64,000 nt of DNA from Treponemataceae bacterium. Lineage in GTDB: Bacteria > Spirochaetota > Spirochaetia > Treponematales > Rectinemataceae. Both the position numbers and the translations under genes were made by a program. Positions 29,076 through 39,765 of this stretch are shown here, in pieces; positions within the stretch are counted from its first letter, which is position 1; the number at the start of each line of letters is the position of its first letter. The stretch is taken from NCBI GenBank assembly GCA_963677895.2, contig CAXXGJ010000038.1:160001-224000 (forward strand). The letters are read 5' to 3'. The notes below the pieces were generated by a model that saw only the letters and a program-made list of their open reading frames with translations, was not told where the DNA came from and did no database searches.

Positions 29076-30406
29076 CCTTTGGAGCTTCTTTCTTCATCGC
29101 CGCGCGCTCCCTGCTCGGCCGAAGGCGCACGGGAGGCATGGCCGGAGCGATCCTCGGAATCGGTATAAGCCTTGTGCCGATCGTGCTTGTCCTTATCGTG
29201 TCGGATGGAATGATCGAGGGCATCACGCGCCGCTATATGGAGACAAAAACCTATCATCTGCAGGTAGCTGCGCCCGACCGGATGACCGGAAGCGATGCAG
29301 AGAAGGGACGCGTCGCTTTAAGCGAGGTGCCTGGCGTCCAAGCCGCCTATGTCGAAAAGAACGGAAGCGGGGTTGTCGTGTCGGCCGAGGCCAGCAACGC
29401 GGTCATGCTGCGTTCGGTGAGCCCGGAGTTTTTCGCCGATCCGGGAGTCAGCCAGTATCTTCGACTGATCGAAGGGAAGGCTAGACCCGAGGGTAAAAGG
29501 GACATCGTTCTGGGATCTTCCCTGGCATCGGTCCTCCACGTAAAGGTGGGCGATTCGCTCACCGTGATAACGCCAAACCAGGATAGCGAATCCGCGGCCG
29601 ACATCGGCGCCGACTTTTCCGGCTACGCCCCGAGGCTGTCTTTCTTCAAGGTTACGGGGATCGTCAGCGCCGGCTATCGCGACCTGGACGCTCTCTGGGC
29701 TTTCATCAGCCCGGAAACGGGTGAACGCCTGCTTAACTATCCTTCTTCCTACTCGTTTTTCGGGATCAAGGTCGCCGATCCCTATTCGAACGGCCTGGGT
29801 TCAATTCAAGAGTCGATAAGCAGCGCGATGGAATCTATCTACCCGGATTGGTTCGATCCCTATCTTACGAGAACCTGGCCTGAGGTCGAGAGAAGTCTGT
29901 ACAGGTCCTTCAGCACGACAAAATCCATGCTTCTCTTCATCATGGGCATTGCTCTCGTCGTGGCTGCCGTCAACCTCGGCTCCTCGCTTTCCACCTTTGT
30001 CGTCGAGCGTTCCATGGATATAGCCGTGCTTCGCGGCATGGGCGCCACGGATTCCGCGGTACGGCAAATTTTCGTCGGCGCCGGCTTCATCACCGGCAGC
30101 CTCGGCACTTTTCTCGGCATCCTTGTTGGTTTATTCCTCTCCATAAACGTCAATTTCTTGATATCAGGCATAGAGTGGATCGCCAATATCTTCGATTCGG
30201 GGCTGGCTTTCATAAAGGGACAGCCTTCGGTCGCGCTGAGGCTTTTGGATCCGGAGTATTATCTTGAAAAAATCCCCGTCTCCATCGACTTTGGACAGAT
30301 CGCGCTCATAGCGGCGCTCAGCATCGCCCTCAGCGCGGTAGTCTCGCTTATTCCGGCCAGGAAGGCCTCCAGGATTTCGGTTCAGGAGCTTATCCGAAAA
30401 AGCTGA
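29072..30406 (+). CDS. LolC/E-family ABC permease
   Basis: IAVLRGMGA, YYLEKIP, IPARKAS; paired with lolD. Confidence 0.88.
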   Translation: MTFGASFFIAARSLLGRRRTGGMAGAILGIGISLVPIVLVLIVSDGMIEGITRRYMETKTYHLQVAAPDRMTGSDAEKGRVALSEVPGVQAAYVEKNGSGVVVSAEASNAVMLRSVSPEFFADPGVSQYLRLIEGKARPEGKRDIVLGSSLASVLHVKVGDSLTVITPNQDSESAADIGADFSGYAPRLSFFKVTGIVSAGYRDLDALWAFISPETGERLLNYPSSYSFFGIKVADPYSNGLGSIQESISSAMESIYPDWFDPYLTRTWPEVERSLYRSFSTTKSMLLFIMGIALVVAAVNLGSSLSTFVVERSMDIAVLRGMGATDSAVRQIFVGAGFITGSLGTFLGILVGLFLSINVNFLISGIEWIANIFDSGLAFIKGQPSVALRLLDPEYYLEKIPVSIDFGQIALIAALSIALSAVVSLIPARKASRISVQELIRKS

Positions 30407-30473
30407 GACCTTTTCTATCATTTTTTTGAAGCATATGGTATGATTTTACCGGTATAGGGTTGTGGAGGAAATA

Positions 30474-31697
30474 ATGGCAAGAAAAGCTGGCGGACGTTCG
30501 GCCGATATGGTAGGCGAGCTGACAACTACTCTAGGCGCGGAAGCGGGGGACGGCAGTCCTAAGTCTCACGAAAAAGCCGAAAAACAGAAGGCTCTCGAAG
30601 CCGCGCGGCTACAAATCGAGAAACAGTTCGGTCAGGGTTCTCTCATGAAGCTTGGAGCGCACTCGAGCGCGCAGGGTATCGAAGCCATTCCTTCAGGCTC
30701 TATACTGCTCGACGAAGCCCTCGGCATCGGCGGTTATCCCCGCGGCCGAATCGTGGAGATCTACGGCCCCGAATCTTCGGGAAAGACCACGCTGGCCCTC
30801 CACGCCATCGCGGAGGCGCAGAAACGCGGCGGTATCGCCGCTTTCATCGACGCCGAGCACGCCCTCGACCCGGTTTACGCGCGCAATCTGGGCGTGGACA
30901 TCGACGAGCTCTGGGTTTCCCAGCCGGACAACGGCGAGCAAGCCCTGGATATCGCCGAATCGCTGATCCGCTCGGGCGCCGTGGACATCATCGTCATAGA
31001 CTCCGTGGCAGCGCTTACGCCGCAGGCTGAAATCGAAGGCGAAATGGGCGATGCCCATATGGGTCTCCAGGCGAGACTCATGAGCCAGGCTCTGCGCAAA
31101 CTCGCCGGCAGCCTGTCCAAAAGCAAGACAATCCTCATTTTCATCAACCAGATTCGCATGAAAATAGGCATCATGTTCGGCAATCCGGAGACGACGACGG
31201 GTGGAAACGCCCTCAAGTTCTATGCCTCCGTAAGGCTGGAAGTGCGGAAAATCGAGACGATCGAGCATGGTGACGAAGACGCCGTGGGCAATAAGGTCAG
31301 GGTCAAGGTAGTGAAGAACAAGGTCGCGCCTCCCTTCAGGAGGGCTGAGCTGGAGATAATATTCGGCAAGGGCATCTCTTGGTCGGCCTCCCTCCTGGAC
31401 GCGGCCGTAAAATACTCCATCGTCGACAAAAAAGGCGCCTGGTATACCTGGGGCGATGAAAAAGTGGGGCAGGGCAGGGAAAACGCCAAAATATACCTGG
31501 AACAGAACCCCGACGCGGCCATGGCGATTGAGAAGGACGTTCGCGCGAAAATGTTCGAGAAGGCCACCGCCGCCCAGAACGGTATCGCGATAGCTTCGCC
31601 GCTTTCGCCCGAGGAAGCCAAGGCCAAGGCGGCCGGCATGAAGACGGGGACCGAAGCGGACGGCGCCAGCGTCATCAGCGCCGATGACCTATTCTGA
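30474..31697 (+). CDS. recA: Recombinase RecA
   Basis: [46 protein letters not shown] 30474 with GGAGG RBS. Confidence 0.98.
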   Translation: MARKAGGRSADMVGELTTTLGAEAGDGSPKSHEKAEKQKALEAARLQIEKQFGQGSLMKLGAHSSAQGIEAIPSGSILLDEALGIGGYPRGRIVEIYGPESSGKTTLALHAIAEAQKRGGIAAFIDAEHALDPVYARNLGVDIDELWVSQPDNGEQALDIAESLIRSGAVDIIVIDSVAALTPQAEIEGEMGDAHMGLQARLMSQALRKLAGSLSKSKTILIFINQIRMKIGIMFGNPETTTGGNALKFYASVRLEVRKIETIEHGDEDAVGNKVRVKVVKNKVAPPFRRAELEIIFGKGISWSASLLDAAVKYSIVDKKGAWYTWGDEKVGQGRENAKIYLEQNPDAAMAIEKDVRAKMFEKATAAQNGIAIASPLSPEEAKAKAAGMKTGTEADGASVISADDLF

Positions 31698-31705
31698 AGA
31701 GGCTC

Positions 31706-32215
31706 ATGGAAACAGTATGGCTGGGACTCGGCTCCAACCTCGGGGATAGCGAAACACTTATAAAAAGAGCGGTTTCGCTTCTCGGGGAAGTCGTTTCCGA
31801 TGGAAGGATGTCGGGATTATGGCGCTCCAAGGCTCGCTATGTGGAAGACCAGCCCGATTTCCTGAACGCGGTTTTTTCCGGCTCTACCGAGCTGGAACCG
31901 CATGATCTCTTGAATGCCATCCATCGCATCGAGCTGGAATTGGGCAGGGACCGCTCGGCCGTCGTGTCCAAGGGCGCGAGGACGATAGACATCGATATTC
32001 TTCTCTATGGGAGAAGGATTATCGCTGACGACGATCTCATCGTTCCCCACCCGGGCATGAGAGAGAGAAAGTTCGTCCTCATCCCTCTCCTGCAGCTCGA
32101 TCCGGGGATTCAGGATCCTGTGAGCGGCAGGAATTTCATGGAGTTCCTGGCCGACCTTCCGCCGCAGGGTATTTACCCGACCGGTCCCCGCATATATGAT
32201 GCAATTTATCCGTGA
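31706..32215 (+). CDS. folK: 6-hydroxymethyl-7,8-dihydropterin pyrophosphokinase
   Basis: LGLGSNLGD, QPDFLN, RTIDIDIL, VPHP..ERKFVL. Confidence 0.93.
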   Translation: METVWLGLGSNLGDSETLIKRAVSLLGEVVSDGRMSGLWRSKARYVEDQPDFLNAVFSGSTELEPHDLLNAIHRIELELGRDRSAVVSKGARTIDIDILLYGRRIIADDDLIVPHPGMRERKFVLIPLLQLDPGIQDPVSGRNFMEFLADLPPQGIYPTGPRIYDAIYP

Positions 32216-33021
32216 TGAACAACAATCCTGACATAGACGCCACCATAGACAACCCTTCCTCATACATCGACAGCGGCACGCAGCGAAGAAATTTCAGGCT
32301 CAAGGATTTTGAGGGTCCCCTGGACCTCCTGCTTTTCCTGATAAAGCGCAACGACATGAATATCTATGACATCCATATCGCCTCCATCACCGAGCAGTAT
32401 CTGGAATGTCTCAGAAGCGAAGCGGGCGTCGATCTCGACGAGCTTTCGGAATTCTACAATCTTGCGGCGACCCTGCTTCTCATAAAATCCCGCATGCTCA
32501 TTCCCTCCAGTTCCCTTGATGACGAGGATTTCGATGACCCAAGGCAAGGACTTATAGAAAAGCTGATCGAATACCAGAAATATAAAAAACTTTCCGGCCT
32601 CATGGAACAGCGCGAAATGGAAGTCGAATGGACGCTGGAGCGGTCCTGCATGCAAAGGACGCTGCCTTTTCCCGACGATGATGACGAGACGCTCTGGAAG
32701 GACCTCGATGTCTGGGATTTGCTGCGCACCTTCTCCTCCCTGGTGCAGAATTTCAACTCCGAAAGGATCATCGATCTCTATGAGGAAGTATCCATCAACG
32801 AAAAAATTTCACTAATGAGGGAGCTGCTGGAACGCAAGGGCAGTTTTTCCTTCGTGGAGCTTATAACCAGGCCGCGTTCCGCTCTCGATCTTGCCTGCGC
32901 CTTCCTGGCCATGCTGGAGTCGGTCAAGAACAAGTTCATCAGCATCAAGCAGCATAAGCTTTTTGGCGATATCCTGATTTTCCCTTACTCGAGCGAGGTC
33001 CTCAATGGAAAAGACTCCTGA
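32212..33021 (+). CDS. scpA: Segregation and condensation protein A
   Basis: FEGPLDLLLFLI, ITEQY, LLLIKSRML, FLAMLE. Confidence 0.93.
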   Translation: MMNNNPDIDATIDNPSSYIDSGTQRRNFRLKDFEGPLDLLLFLIKRNDMNIYDIHIASITEQYLECLRSEAGVDLDELSEFYNLAATLLLIKSRMLIPSSSLDDEDFDDPRQGLIEKLIEYQKYKKLSGLMEQREMEVEWTLERSCMQRTLPFPDDDDETLWKDLDVWDLLRTFSSLVQNFNSERIIDLYEEVSINEKISLMRELLERKGSFSFVELITRPRSALDLACAFLAMLESVKNKFISIKQHKLFGDILIFPYSSEVLNGKDS

Positions 33022-33562
33022 AAACGACGCTTCGATCATCGGAGCCATACTCTTTCTCGAAAGCGAACCGGTAGGCGAAGCCTATCTGTCGCGAGTCTCG
33101 GGCTTGTCCGAAGAGGATGTCCTGAACGCCCTCCAGCGCATCCAGGCGGAATACGAATCGCCCGTTCACGGATTCGCGCCCCTCCGTTCCGGCGGCGGAT
33201 GGATACTTGCCCCTAAAGTGGAGCTCTGGGAATACCTCAAGGATCATTACGGCAAGAAGAACGAAGCCAAGCTGTCGCGCGCCGCCATGGAAACCCTGTC
33301 GATAATCGCCTATTCCCAGCCCATAACCAGGGCGGAGGTTGAGGCGATACGAGGGGTATCCGCCGATGGAATGATACGTTTTCTCCTGTCGCGCGACTTC
33401 ATACAGGAAGTGGGCAAAAAAGACGTGCCGGGCAAGCCCATGCAGTATGGAACTACCCAGGAATTCCTAAAGTACTTTAAGTTGGGTTCCATCGCCGACC
33501 TGCCTAAACTGAGCGAAATCGAAAGAAACCGTTTTGATAAAACGGAAGGTGAACAGGGATGA
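33005..33562 (+). CDS. scpB: Segregation and condensation protein B
   Basis: LSRAAMETLSIIAYSQPITRAEVEAIRGV, YGTTQEFL. Confidence 0.95.
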   Translation: MEKTPENDASIIGAILFLESEPVGEAYLSRVSGLSEEDVLNALQRIQAEYESPVHGFAPLRSGGGWILAPKVELWEYLKDHYGKKNEAKLSRAAMETLSIIAYSQPITRAEVEAIRGVSADGMIRFLLSRDFIQEVGKKDVPGKPMQYGTTQEFLKYFKLGSIADLPKLSEIERNRFDKTEGEQG

Positions 33563-34308
33563 ACACGACTCCGCGCGAAAAAATCCGTCTACAGGCTTAT
33601 CTCGCCTCCTGCGGCATCGGTTCCCGCCGCGCCTGCGAAAAGCTTCTCGTGGAGGGAAGGGTGTCGGTCAACGGCAGCGCCGCGAAACTCGGCGACAGCG
33701 CCTTCCCTGGCGACGAAGTCCGCCTGGACGGAAAGGTCGTCAGGCAGCAGACTCGCCTAAGGTACATAGCGCTCAATAAACCTGTCGGATTCGTTACCTC
33801 GATGTCGGACGAAATGGGCCGGCCCGTAGCAGCGTCCCTCCTGGGCACTTCGGTGGAAGAACGAGTCTACAACGTCGGGCGCCTCGACCAATGGTCATCG
33901 GGCCTTCTTCTCTTCACGAACGACGGCGACCTGACGGCTCTCATGGTTCACCCCAGCGGCCTCATAGACAAGGAATACGAGGTTGAGACCGATCTGGACA
34001 TTCCCGAGACCTTCGCCCAGGAATTCGAGGCCGGCGTCCTTGTGGAAGATATTCTTTACAAAGCCGAATCCGTCCATGTCCTTTCCGAGAGGAAGATGAG
34101 GACCGTCCTCATCGAAGGCAAGAATCGGGAAATCCGCCGCGTGCTCGAGCATTTCGGCCTTCGCGCCCTCAAGCTGAAAAGGGTGCGAATAGGCCCCATA
34201 GAACTGGGGGACCTGGCTGAGGGAGCGCATCGCGAGCTCACGCTCGAGGAAGTGGCGGCCTTGCGTTCATTTTCGGAAAAATCGAAAAAAAGGGAATCCG
34301 GCAGATGA
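33559..34308 (+). CDS. rluB: RsuA/RluB-family pseudouridine synthase
   Basis: S4 domain (GIGSRR), LNKP, VGRLD, EGKNREIRR; follows scpB. Confidence 0.88.
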   Translation: MNTTPREKIRLQAYLASCGIGSRRACEKLLVEGRVSVNGSAAKLGDSAFPGDEVRLDGKVVRQQTRLRYIALNKPVGFVTSMSDEMGRPVAASLLGTSVEERVYNVGRLDQWSSGLLLFTNDGDLTALMVHPSGLIDKEYEVETDLDIPETFAQEFEAGVLVEDILYKAESVHVLSERKMRTVLIEGKNREIRRVLEHFGLRALKLKRVRIGPIELGDLAEGAHRELTLEEVAALRSFSEKSKKRESGR

Positions 34309-34961
34309 TCGTGGCGATGGACGGACCGGCCGGCTGCGGCAAATCGACGATCGCCAAGCTGCTTTCTTCCAGGCTGGGCTTTACGTATATCAATTCCGGC
34401 AATATCTACAGGGCGATTTCGTTCGCTTCCATCGAGCGCGGCATAGGGTATGAAGACAAGGAAGCGCTCCTCGGATGCGCCTCCACGCTGAACATAGATT
34501 CGGACGCCGACGGCGCCATAATTCTCGACGGCAGGAAAGTGAGCGCGGAACTCCGCAGCGCCGCGGTGGACGCCATCGTATCCCAGGTTTCGGCCATTCC
34601 CGAGATCCGCGACATCGTCAACATCATCGTCCGGAGGATAGCCGCCAACCGCGACAGCGTGGTGGAAGGCCGTGACATGACGACGGTGGTTTTTCCCGAA
34701 GCCGAAGCCAAATTCTACATAGACGCGTCGGTGGAGGAGAGGGCGAAAAGGCGTTTCGATCAGGGCAGTTCCACCATGACCTATGAAGCGATACTCGAAA
34801 ATATCAGGATGAGAGACAGGATAGATACGAATAAGAAAGTCGGAGCCCTAAAAATCGCCCCTGACGCCCTCTATTTGGATACATCCGGCTTGACCATAGA
34901 GCAAGTTTATGAGAAAGTATACAGTAAAATTCTACACTTAAGGGAAGCACATGGAGAATAA
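34305..34961 (+). CDS. cmk: Cytidylate kinase, bacterial type
   Basis: DGPAGCGKST, SGNIYRA, EGRDMTTVVFP, RDRID; precedes rpsA. Confidence 0.95.
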   Translation: MIVAMDGPAGCGKSTIAKLLSSRLGFTYINSGNIYRAISFASIERGIGYEDKEALLGCASTLNIDSDADGAIILDGRKVSAELRSAAVDAIVSQVSAIPEIRDIVNIIVRRIAANRDSVVEGRDMTTVVFPEAEAKFYIDASVEERAKRRFDQGSSTMTYEAILENIRMRDRIDTNKKVGALKIAPDALYLDTSGLTIEQVYEKVYSKILHLREAHGE

Positions 34962-36681
34962 GGAAGTGGAAATGGACGCCGCCGCTCCCGCCCGCGACGA
35001 ATTCCAGACACAATTGCAGGAGCAGTACCTCAAAAGTTTCGAGGGGCTGGAGGAGGGAGATTTAATTGACGGCAAAGTCGTCCAGATAGCTGGCGATTTC
35101 GTGTTTGTCGACGTTGGATACAAATCCGAAGGTAAGATCCCCGTAATCGAATTCGGTGATGAACCGCCCAAAGTCGGCGACGATGTCAAAGTCATCCTTG
35201 TCAAAAAAGAAACCCATTCAGGCGAGGTAATTGTCTCCAAGAAACGCGCTGAAGAGAAAGTCTTCTGGAAAGCAGTCGCGAACGCGTTCAAGGAACATCA
35301 GCCCGTCGATGGAACGATCGAGAAAGAAGTGAAGGGCGGCTTCGAGGCCGACCTGGGACACGGGCTCAAGGGATTCCTGCCTTCATCCAAGGCCGACATC
35401 CAAAGAGTCGAGAGCGGCGAAGGATTCGTCGGTCTCAAGAGCAAGTTCTATCTCGAGCGCCTCTATTCCGAGAAAAAGATCAACATAATCCTCAACCGCA
35501 GAAAGTGGCTCGAGGAAGACATCGATAAGCGCCGCGAGGCATTCTTCCAGACGGTACAGATCGGCGATACGGTCAAGGGCGTGGTGAAAAGCTTTACCAG
35601 CTTTGGAGCCTTCATCGACCTTGGCGGTTTTGACGGACTGCTCCATATCAACGACATGAGCTGGGGTCACGTGACCCGACCCAAGGACTATGTCCGCAAG
35701 GGCCAGGAAATCGAACTCAAGGTCATTCGTCTCGAACCGGAAGAAAAACGCATCAACCTTTCCCTGAAGCATTTCAGCCAGGATCCCTGGTTCACCTTCG
35801 AGGAAAAGTACCACGTCAACGACATCGTGAAGGGCAAGGTGACCAAGCTTACCGACTACGGCGCCTTCATCGAGCTGGAAGAGGGCATCGAAGGCCTGGC
35901 CCACATCTCCGAGTTCTCCTGGGTCAAAAAAGTCCACAAGCCCGAAGACATGCTCAAGCCCGGCGACCTCGTCGACTGCATGGTTCTTGGGTATGACATC
36001 CAGGCGGGAAAAGTCTCGCTCGGACTCAAGCAGGTTCAGGTCAATCCCTGGGACAGCATCAACGACAACTACCCCCTCGGCATGCGCCTCACCCGCAAGA
36101 TCGTGAAAGTGACCAACGCCGGCGCCTTTGTCGAACTCGAAGAAGGCATCGACGGATTCCTCCACGTAGACGATCTTTCCTGGACGTCCAGGGTCAAGAA
36201 CCCCGCATCAGTGCTCCACGAAGGCGAAGAAATCGAAGTCGTGGTCATCGAGAGCAACCCGGAAGAGCGAAATGTGCGCCTCGGCGTAAAGCAGCTCTCG
36301 GAAGACCCCTGGAGATCGTTCGCGAGAGCGTTCAGGGTGGGTTCCATCGTCGAAGGCACCGTTTCCAACGTCACCGATTTCGGCGTTTTCGTCAAAGTCC
36401 AGGGCGATATCGACGGCCTCGTGAAGAAGCAGGATCTCAGTTCCGACAGGGACGTATCCTGGGACGATGCCCTCAAGACCTTCACCGTGGGCATGGCGGT
36501 AAAAGCAGTCGTCATCGACTTGAATCCCGAGAGGCAGAAGCTTGGCCTTTCCATCCGCGATCTGGTTCAGCGCCAGCAGCGCGAGGAGATTTCCAAGTTC
36601 ATGCAGAGCGAGGACGCAGATGCTGGATACACCATCGGCGATCTGCTCAAAGACCGCGATACGACGAAAAAACCCTCTTGA
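34951..36681 (+). CDS. rpsA: 30S ribosomal protein S1
   Basis: Six S1 repeats (FVDVGYKSEG, FGAFIDLGG, YGAFIELEEG, AGAFVELEEG, FGVFV). Confidence 0.97.
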   Translation: MENKEVEMDAAAPARDEFQTQLQEQYLKSFEGLEEGDLIDGKVVQIAGDFVFVDVGYKSEGKIPVIEFGDEPPKVGDDVKVILVKKETHSGEVIVSKKRAEEKVFWKAVANAFKEHQPVDGTIEKEVKGGFEADLGHGLKGFLPSSKADIQRVESGEGFVGLKSKFYLERLYSEKKINIILNRRKWLEEDIDKRREAFFQTVQIGDTVKGVVKSFTSFGAFIDLGGFDGLLHINDMSWGHVTRPKDYVRKGQEIELKVIRLEPEEKRINLSLKHFSQDPWFTFEEKYHVNDIVKGKVTKLTDYGAFIELEEGIEGLAHISEFSWVKKVHKPEDMLKPGDLVDCMVLGYDIQAGKVSLGLKQVQVNPWDSINDNYPLGMRLTRKIVKVTNAGAFVELEEGIDGFLHVDDLSWTSRVKNPASVLHEGEEIEVVVIESNPEERNVRLGVKQLSEDPWRSFARAFRVGSIVEGTVSNVTDFGVFVKVQGDIDGLVKKQDLSSDRDVSWDDALKTFTVGMAVKAVVIDLNPERQKLGLSIRDLVQRQQREEISKFMQSEDADAGYTIGDLLKDRDTTKKPS

Positions 36682-36719
36682 TCTGCCGCGACGCGGCATA
36701 TTGAGAAAAGACAAAGGCG

Positions 36720-38231
36720 ATGGTGGGGACGATAGACCAGGCGAAGTTCGAGTTGCTCATCGATGTTTGCGCATTGATAAACTCGAATTATGCCGACGGA
36801 AACGTCCTCATGTCGCAGATTATCGAATCATCGGCAAGGCTCGTCGGCGCGGAAGCGGCGAGCCTTGTTTTATATGATCCCGTCGCCGGCAAACTTCATT
36901 TTGAAATAGCCATCGGCCCCAAAAAAGCCGAAATAACAGGAAAGGTTCAGGATCCCAAGGAAGGGATCATCGGCTGGGTAGTCCAGCATGGGCAATCGCT
37001 CATCGTCAACGATCCGGCCAGCGATTCCCGATTTTCTCCCTCAATCTCCAAAGAAATAGATTTCCCGACAAATTCCATACTAGCCGTGCCCATGAAGGTA
37101 AAAGGCGTCCTGGTCGGCGTCATCGAAGTGATCAATAAGACGCAGGGCAGATACTTCCTTGAGGAAGATCTTTATTGGCTCGAACTTTTCGCGATGCAGG
37201 CGGCGATAGCCGTTGAAAACGCGAAATTCATGGAAAAAACCTCCATAGAGCTTTCATATTTGAATGAGAAGGCTCTTGCCAATTCAGGCTGGCATACCCT
37301 TGTTTTCGCTTCCGTCGCGATCGCCGAAAAAGTCGACCTCATCGACAGGATAGCCCCCAGCGATGCCTCTGTACTCATCCTGGGAGAAAGCGGGGTAGGG
37401 AAGGAACTCTTCGCGGAAAGGCTGCACCGCGCGTCCAAACGTGCCGAAAAACCTTTCGTGCGCGTCAACTGCGCCGCCCTTCCCGAAACCCTCCTTGAAA
37501 GCGAACTCTTCGGTCACGTGAAAGGCGCCTTTACCGACGCGTATCAGGACAGAAAAGGGCGTTTCGAGATAGCCGACGGCGGCACCATCTTCCTCGACGA
37601 AATAGCCGAAATGCCGCTTCGCCTCCAGTCAAAACTGCTTCGCGTACTCCAGCAGAAAAGTTTCGAGAAAGTCGGCTCATCCGAAACAAAAACCGTCGAC
37701 GTTCGTATCGTCGCCGCCACCAATCGGAACCTCGAAGCCATGGTGAGCAATCAGGAATTCCGTTCCGACCTGTATTATCGCCTCAATGTGCTTCCTCTCT
37801 ACATACCGCCTCTTCGAGAGCGCAAAGAGGACATTCCCGCCCTTGCGTCGCATTTTCTTAAGCAGGCCGCCCGAGAAACCAACAAGCAGATAAGCGGATT
37901 TTCCGATTCAGCCATGGAATGCATGCTCTCCTATGCCTGGCCGGGCAACGTCCGCGAACTCGAGAACGCGGTCGAACGCGCCGCGGTCATGACCAGACAT
38001 CACGTGATAACGGCCGGAGATCTGATGTTGGGCGGCAAGAGCGAAGATGTCGACGACTTCACCGGAAAAAATCTCAGGGAAGCCATCAATGTGTTCAAGA
38101 CGCACTTCATCAGAAAGTCTCTCGAACTGCATGGATGGAATCAGACGGCGACCGCCAAGGCCATGAATATACAGCGAACCTACTTATCAAGATTGATAAA
38201 AGAGCTTAATATTGCACAACCCAAGGAGTGA
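36720..38231 (+). CDS. GAF-domain sigma54-dependent enhancer-binding protein
   Basis: N-terminal GAF (IEVINK), GESGVGKE, ESELFGH, GAFTDA, FLDEI, WPGNVREL, C-terminal HTH. Confidence 0.93.
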   Translation: MVGTIDQAKFELLIDVCALINSNYADGNVLMSQIIESSARLVGAEAASLVLYDPVAGKLHFEIAIGPKKAEITGKVQDPKEGIIGWVVQHGQSLIVNDPASDSRFSPSISKEIDFPTNSILAVPMKVKGVLVGVIEVINKTQGRYFLEEDLYWLELFAMQAAIAVENAKFMEKTSIELSYLNEKALANSGWHTLVFASVAIAEKVDLIDRIAPSDASVLILGESGVGKELFAERLHRASKRAEKPFVRVNCAALPETLLESELFGHVKGAFTDAYQDRKGRFEIADGGTIFLDEIAEMPLRLQSKLLRVLQQKSFEKVGSSETKTVDVRIVAATNRNLEAMVSNQEFRSDLYYRLNVLPLYIPPLRERKEDIPALASHFLKQAARETNKQISGFSDSAMECMLSYAWPGNVRELENAVERAAVMTRHHVITAGDLMLGGKSEDVDDFTGKNLREAINVFKTHFIRKSLELHGWNQTATAKAMNIQRTYLSRLIKELNIAQPKE

Positions 38232-38238
38232 GCGATCT

Positions 38239-38958
38239 ATGGAAACAAAGGCAAAAATCATAAGGCCCGATAACGAGGAAGAGGGTAAAAAAGATTTCAT
38301 CCAGAAGCTTTCTGAATTCATCAGCAAGAATAAAGTTCTCGTTCTCTCCATCACGGGCGCCATAGTCGGCATTCTCCTGATTGTCGGCCTCTATACCATC
38401 ATCGCCAGTTCCACGGCTGAAAACTCCTCCCGCGCCATGGAAGAAGTCCGAAACAAGATCGCCACCTGGAATAATGAATCCGAAGAAGCGAAAAAGACCG
38501 AAATTGAAAACGGCATCATGGCCGATATCGATACCGTGACGAAGAAATGGCCGAAATCCTTCGCCGCCCAGCAGGCTCTCTTTACCAAGAGCAGCCTCTA
38601 TGCGGTGAAGAAAGATTGGGCAAACGCCGAAACCGCCAGCCTTGCGGCCGCCAACAAGCTTCCCAAAACCTACCTGGCGCCGCTGGCGCTGGAAAGCGCC
38701 GCCGTAGCCGCGGAAGAGCAGGGGAAGGCTGATGTCGCCCTCGAATATTACAGCAAGATCATCGCCCAGTACAAAGAAGACACGCCCAACCTAGCGCACG
38801 CCTATTTCTCCGTCGCTCGCCTGAACGAAGCCAAGTCCGACTGGAAGGCGGCTCTCGAAAGCTACAACAAGATTCTCTCGGACTTCCCGAACACGGATTG
38901 GGCCAAGCTCGCCAAGGATAGGGTTATTTATCTGAAAGCCCAGGGCTACGATAAGTAA
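38239..38958 (+). CDS. Membrane-anchored TPR protein (YfgM-like)
   Basis: Single N-terminal TM then TPR-like helices; ATG 38239 with AAGGAG RBS. Confidence 0.8.
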   Translation: METKAKIIRPDNEEEGKKDFIQKLSEFISKNKVLVLSITGAIVGILLIVGLYTIIASSTAENSSRAMEEVRNKIATWNNESEEAKKTEIENGIMADIDTVTKKWPKSFAAQQALFTKSSLYAVKKDWANAETASLAAANKLPKTYLAPLALESAAVAAEEQGKADVALEYYSKIIAQYKEDTPNLAHAYFSVARLNEAKSDWKAALESYNKILSDFPNTDWAKLAKDRVIYLKAQGYDK

Positions 38959-38987
38959 CGAATTGCCGTCTGGCAGGTTTTCTATAG

Positions 38988-39037
38988 AAAAAAGCAGGTT
39001 CGTCGTCGCATCGTGCGAGGCTCGATCCTGCTTTTTT
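38988..39037 (+). terminator. Intrinsic terminator
   Basis: AAAAAAGCAGG...CCTGCTTTTTT closing an inner TCGCA/TGCGA stem. Confidence 0.7.
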
Positions 39038-39069
39038 ATTATATGCGCCACGAGGAAAGGTAACACGAG

Positions 39070-39756
39070 ATGAGAAAAAACTTTCGACCTATTATTGTTT
39101 TCTGCTTCTTTTTGTTTTTCTCTATAGGCTGTGGTCTACCAACGTATTTATACCTTTATCCTCCAAGCGACTTTGATGATAGTTCCGAAAGCCAGCTCAC
39201 CTTGGAACATAATATTTCAAACTATGATTCTACCGAAGGTTCGGATCAATCATTCAAAGGATATGAGATATACTATCGCGCATACGATTCTCCTGAGACA
39301 GCGCAGGATGAAATTAATAGTCTTGTAACCAATGCAAGTACATACGAGGGGTATCCCGATAGCTTCATGACCTATGCGACTACCACTTTAGACTTTGTGA
39401 GATTAAGGTTTATCTCAAGCAACGAGTCTCCGCTCTTATCCATCTCAAATCCATCGAATTCTGCATATTTCTATATCAATCTGAATGCTGACATAGATTG
39501 GACCTTGAATGACGAAGACAACAATATTCTCAATTACTTTGCAAGAAATATCACTTCCGACTTTTCAACCCGTGGATCCTTTTTCACCTCAAGCAACTAC
39601 GAGAACGGGGACGATGATTATGAGGGAAGTGACGCTCCTGCAGCTATATATTTTGCATTTTATGCAGTCGCCTTTGGAAGCGATTCGGAGACTTTCGAAA
39701 CTGTGTACAGCGACCCGGTTGTGATCGACAGCTACCTATCTTATACGCCTAGTTAA
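39070..39756 (+). CDS. Hypothetical acidic lipoprotein
   Basis: Basic N-terminus, hydrophobic core, FSIG-C21 lipobox; GAGGAAAGG upstream; visibly AT-rich. Confidence 0.75.
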   Translation: MRKNFRPIIVFCFFLFFSIGCGLPTYLYLYPPSDFDDSSESQLTLEHNISNYDSTEGSDQSFKGYEIYYRAYDSPETAQDEINSLVTNASTYEGYPDSFMTYATTTLDFVRLRFISSNESPLLSISNPSNSAYFYINLNADIDWTLNDEDNNILNYFARNITSDFSTRGSFFTSSNYENGDDDYEGSDAPAAIYFAFYAVAFGSDSETFETVYSDPVVIDSYLSYTPS

Positions 39757-39765
39757 ATCAAAGTG

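Noticed and set aside
30474..31697. Long RecA, possible intein
   Set aside because: The core is uninterrupted; the extra length is in low-complexity N- and C-terminal tails.
38959..39069. Second dif-like site that would bracket the AT-rich lipoprotein as a dif module
   Set aside because: No 11-6-11 match on either strand; only a terminator hairpin.
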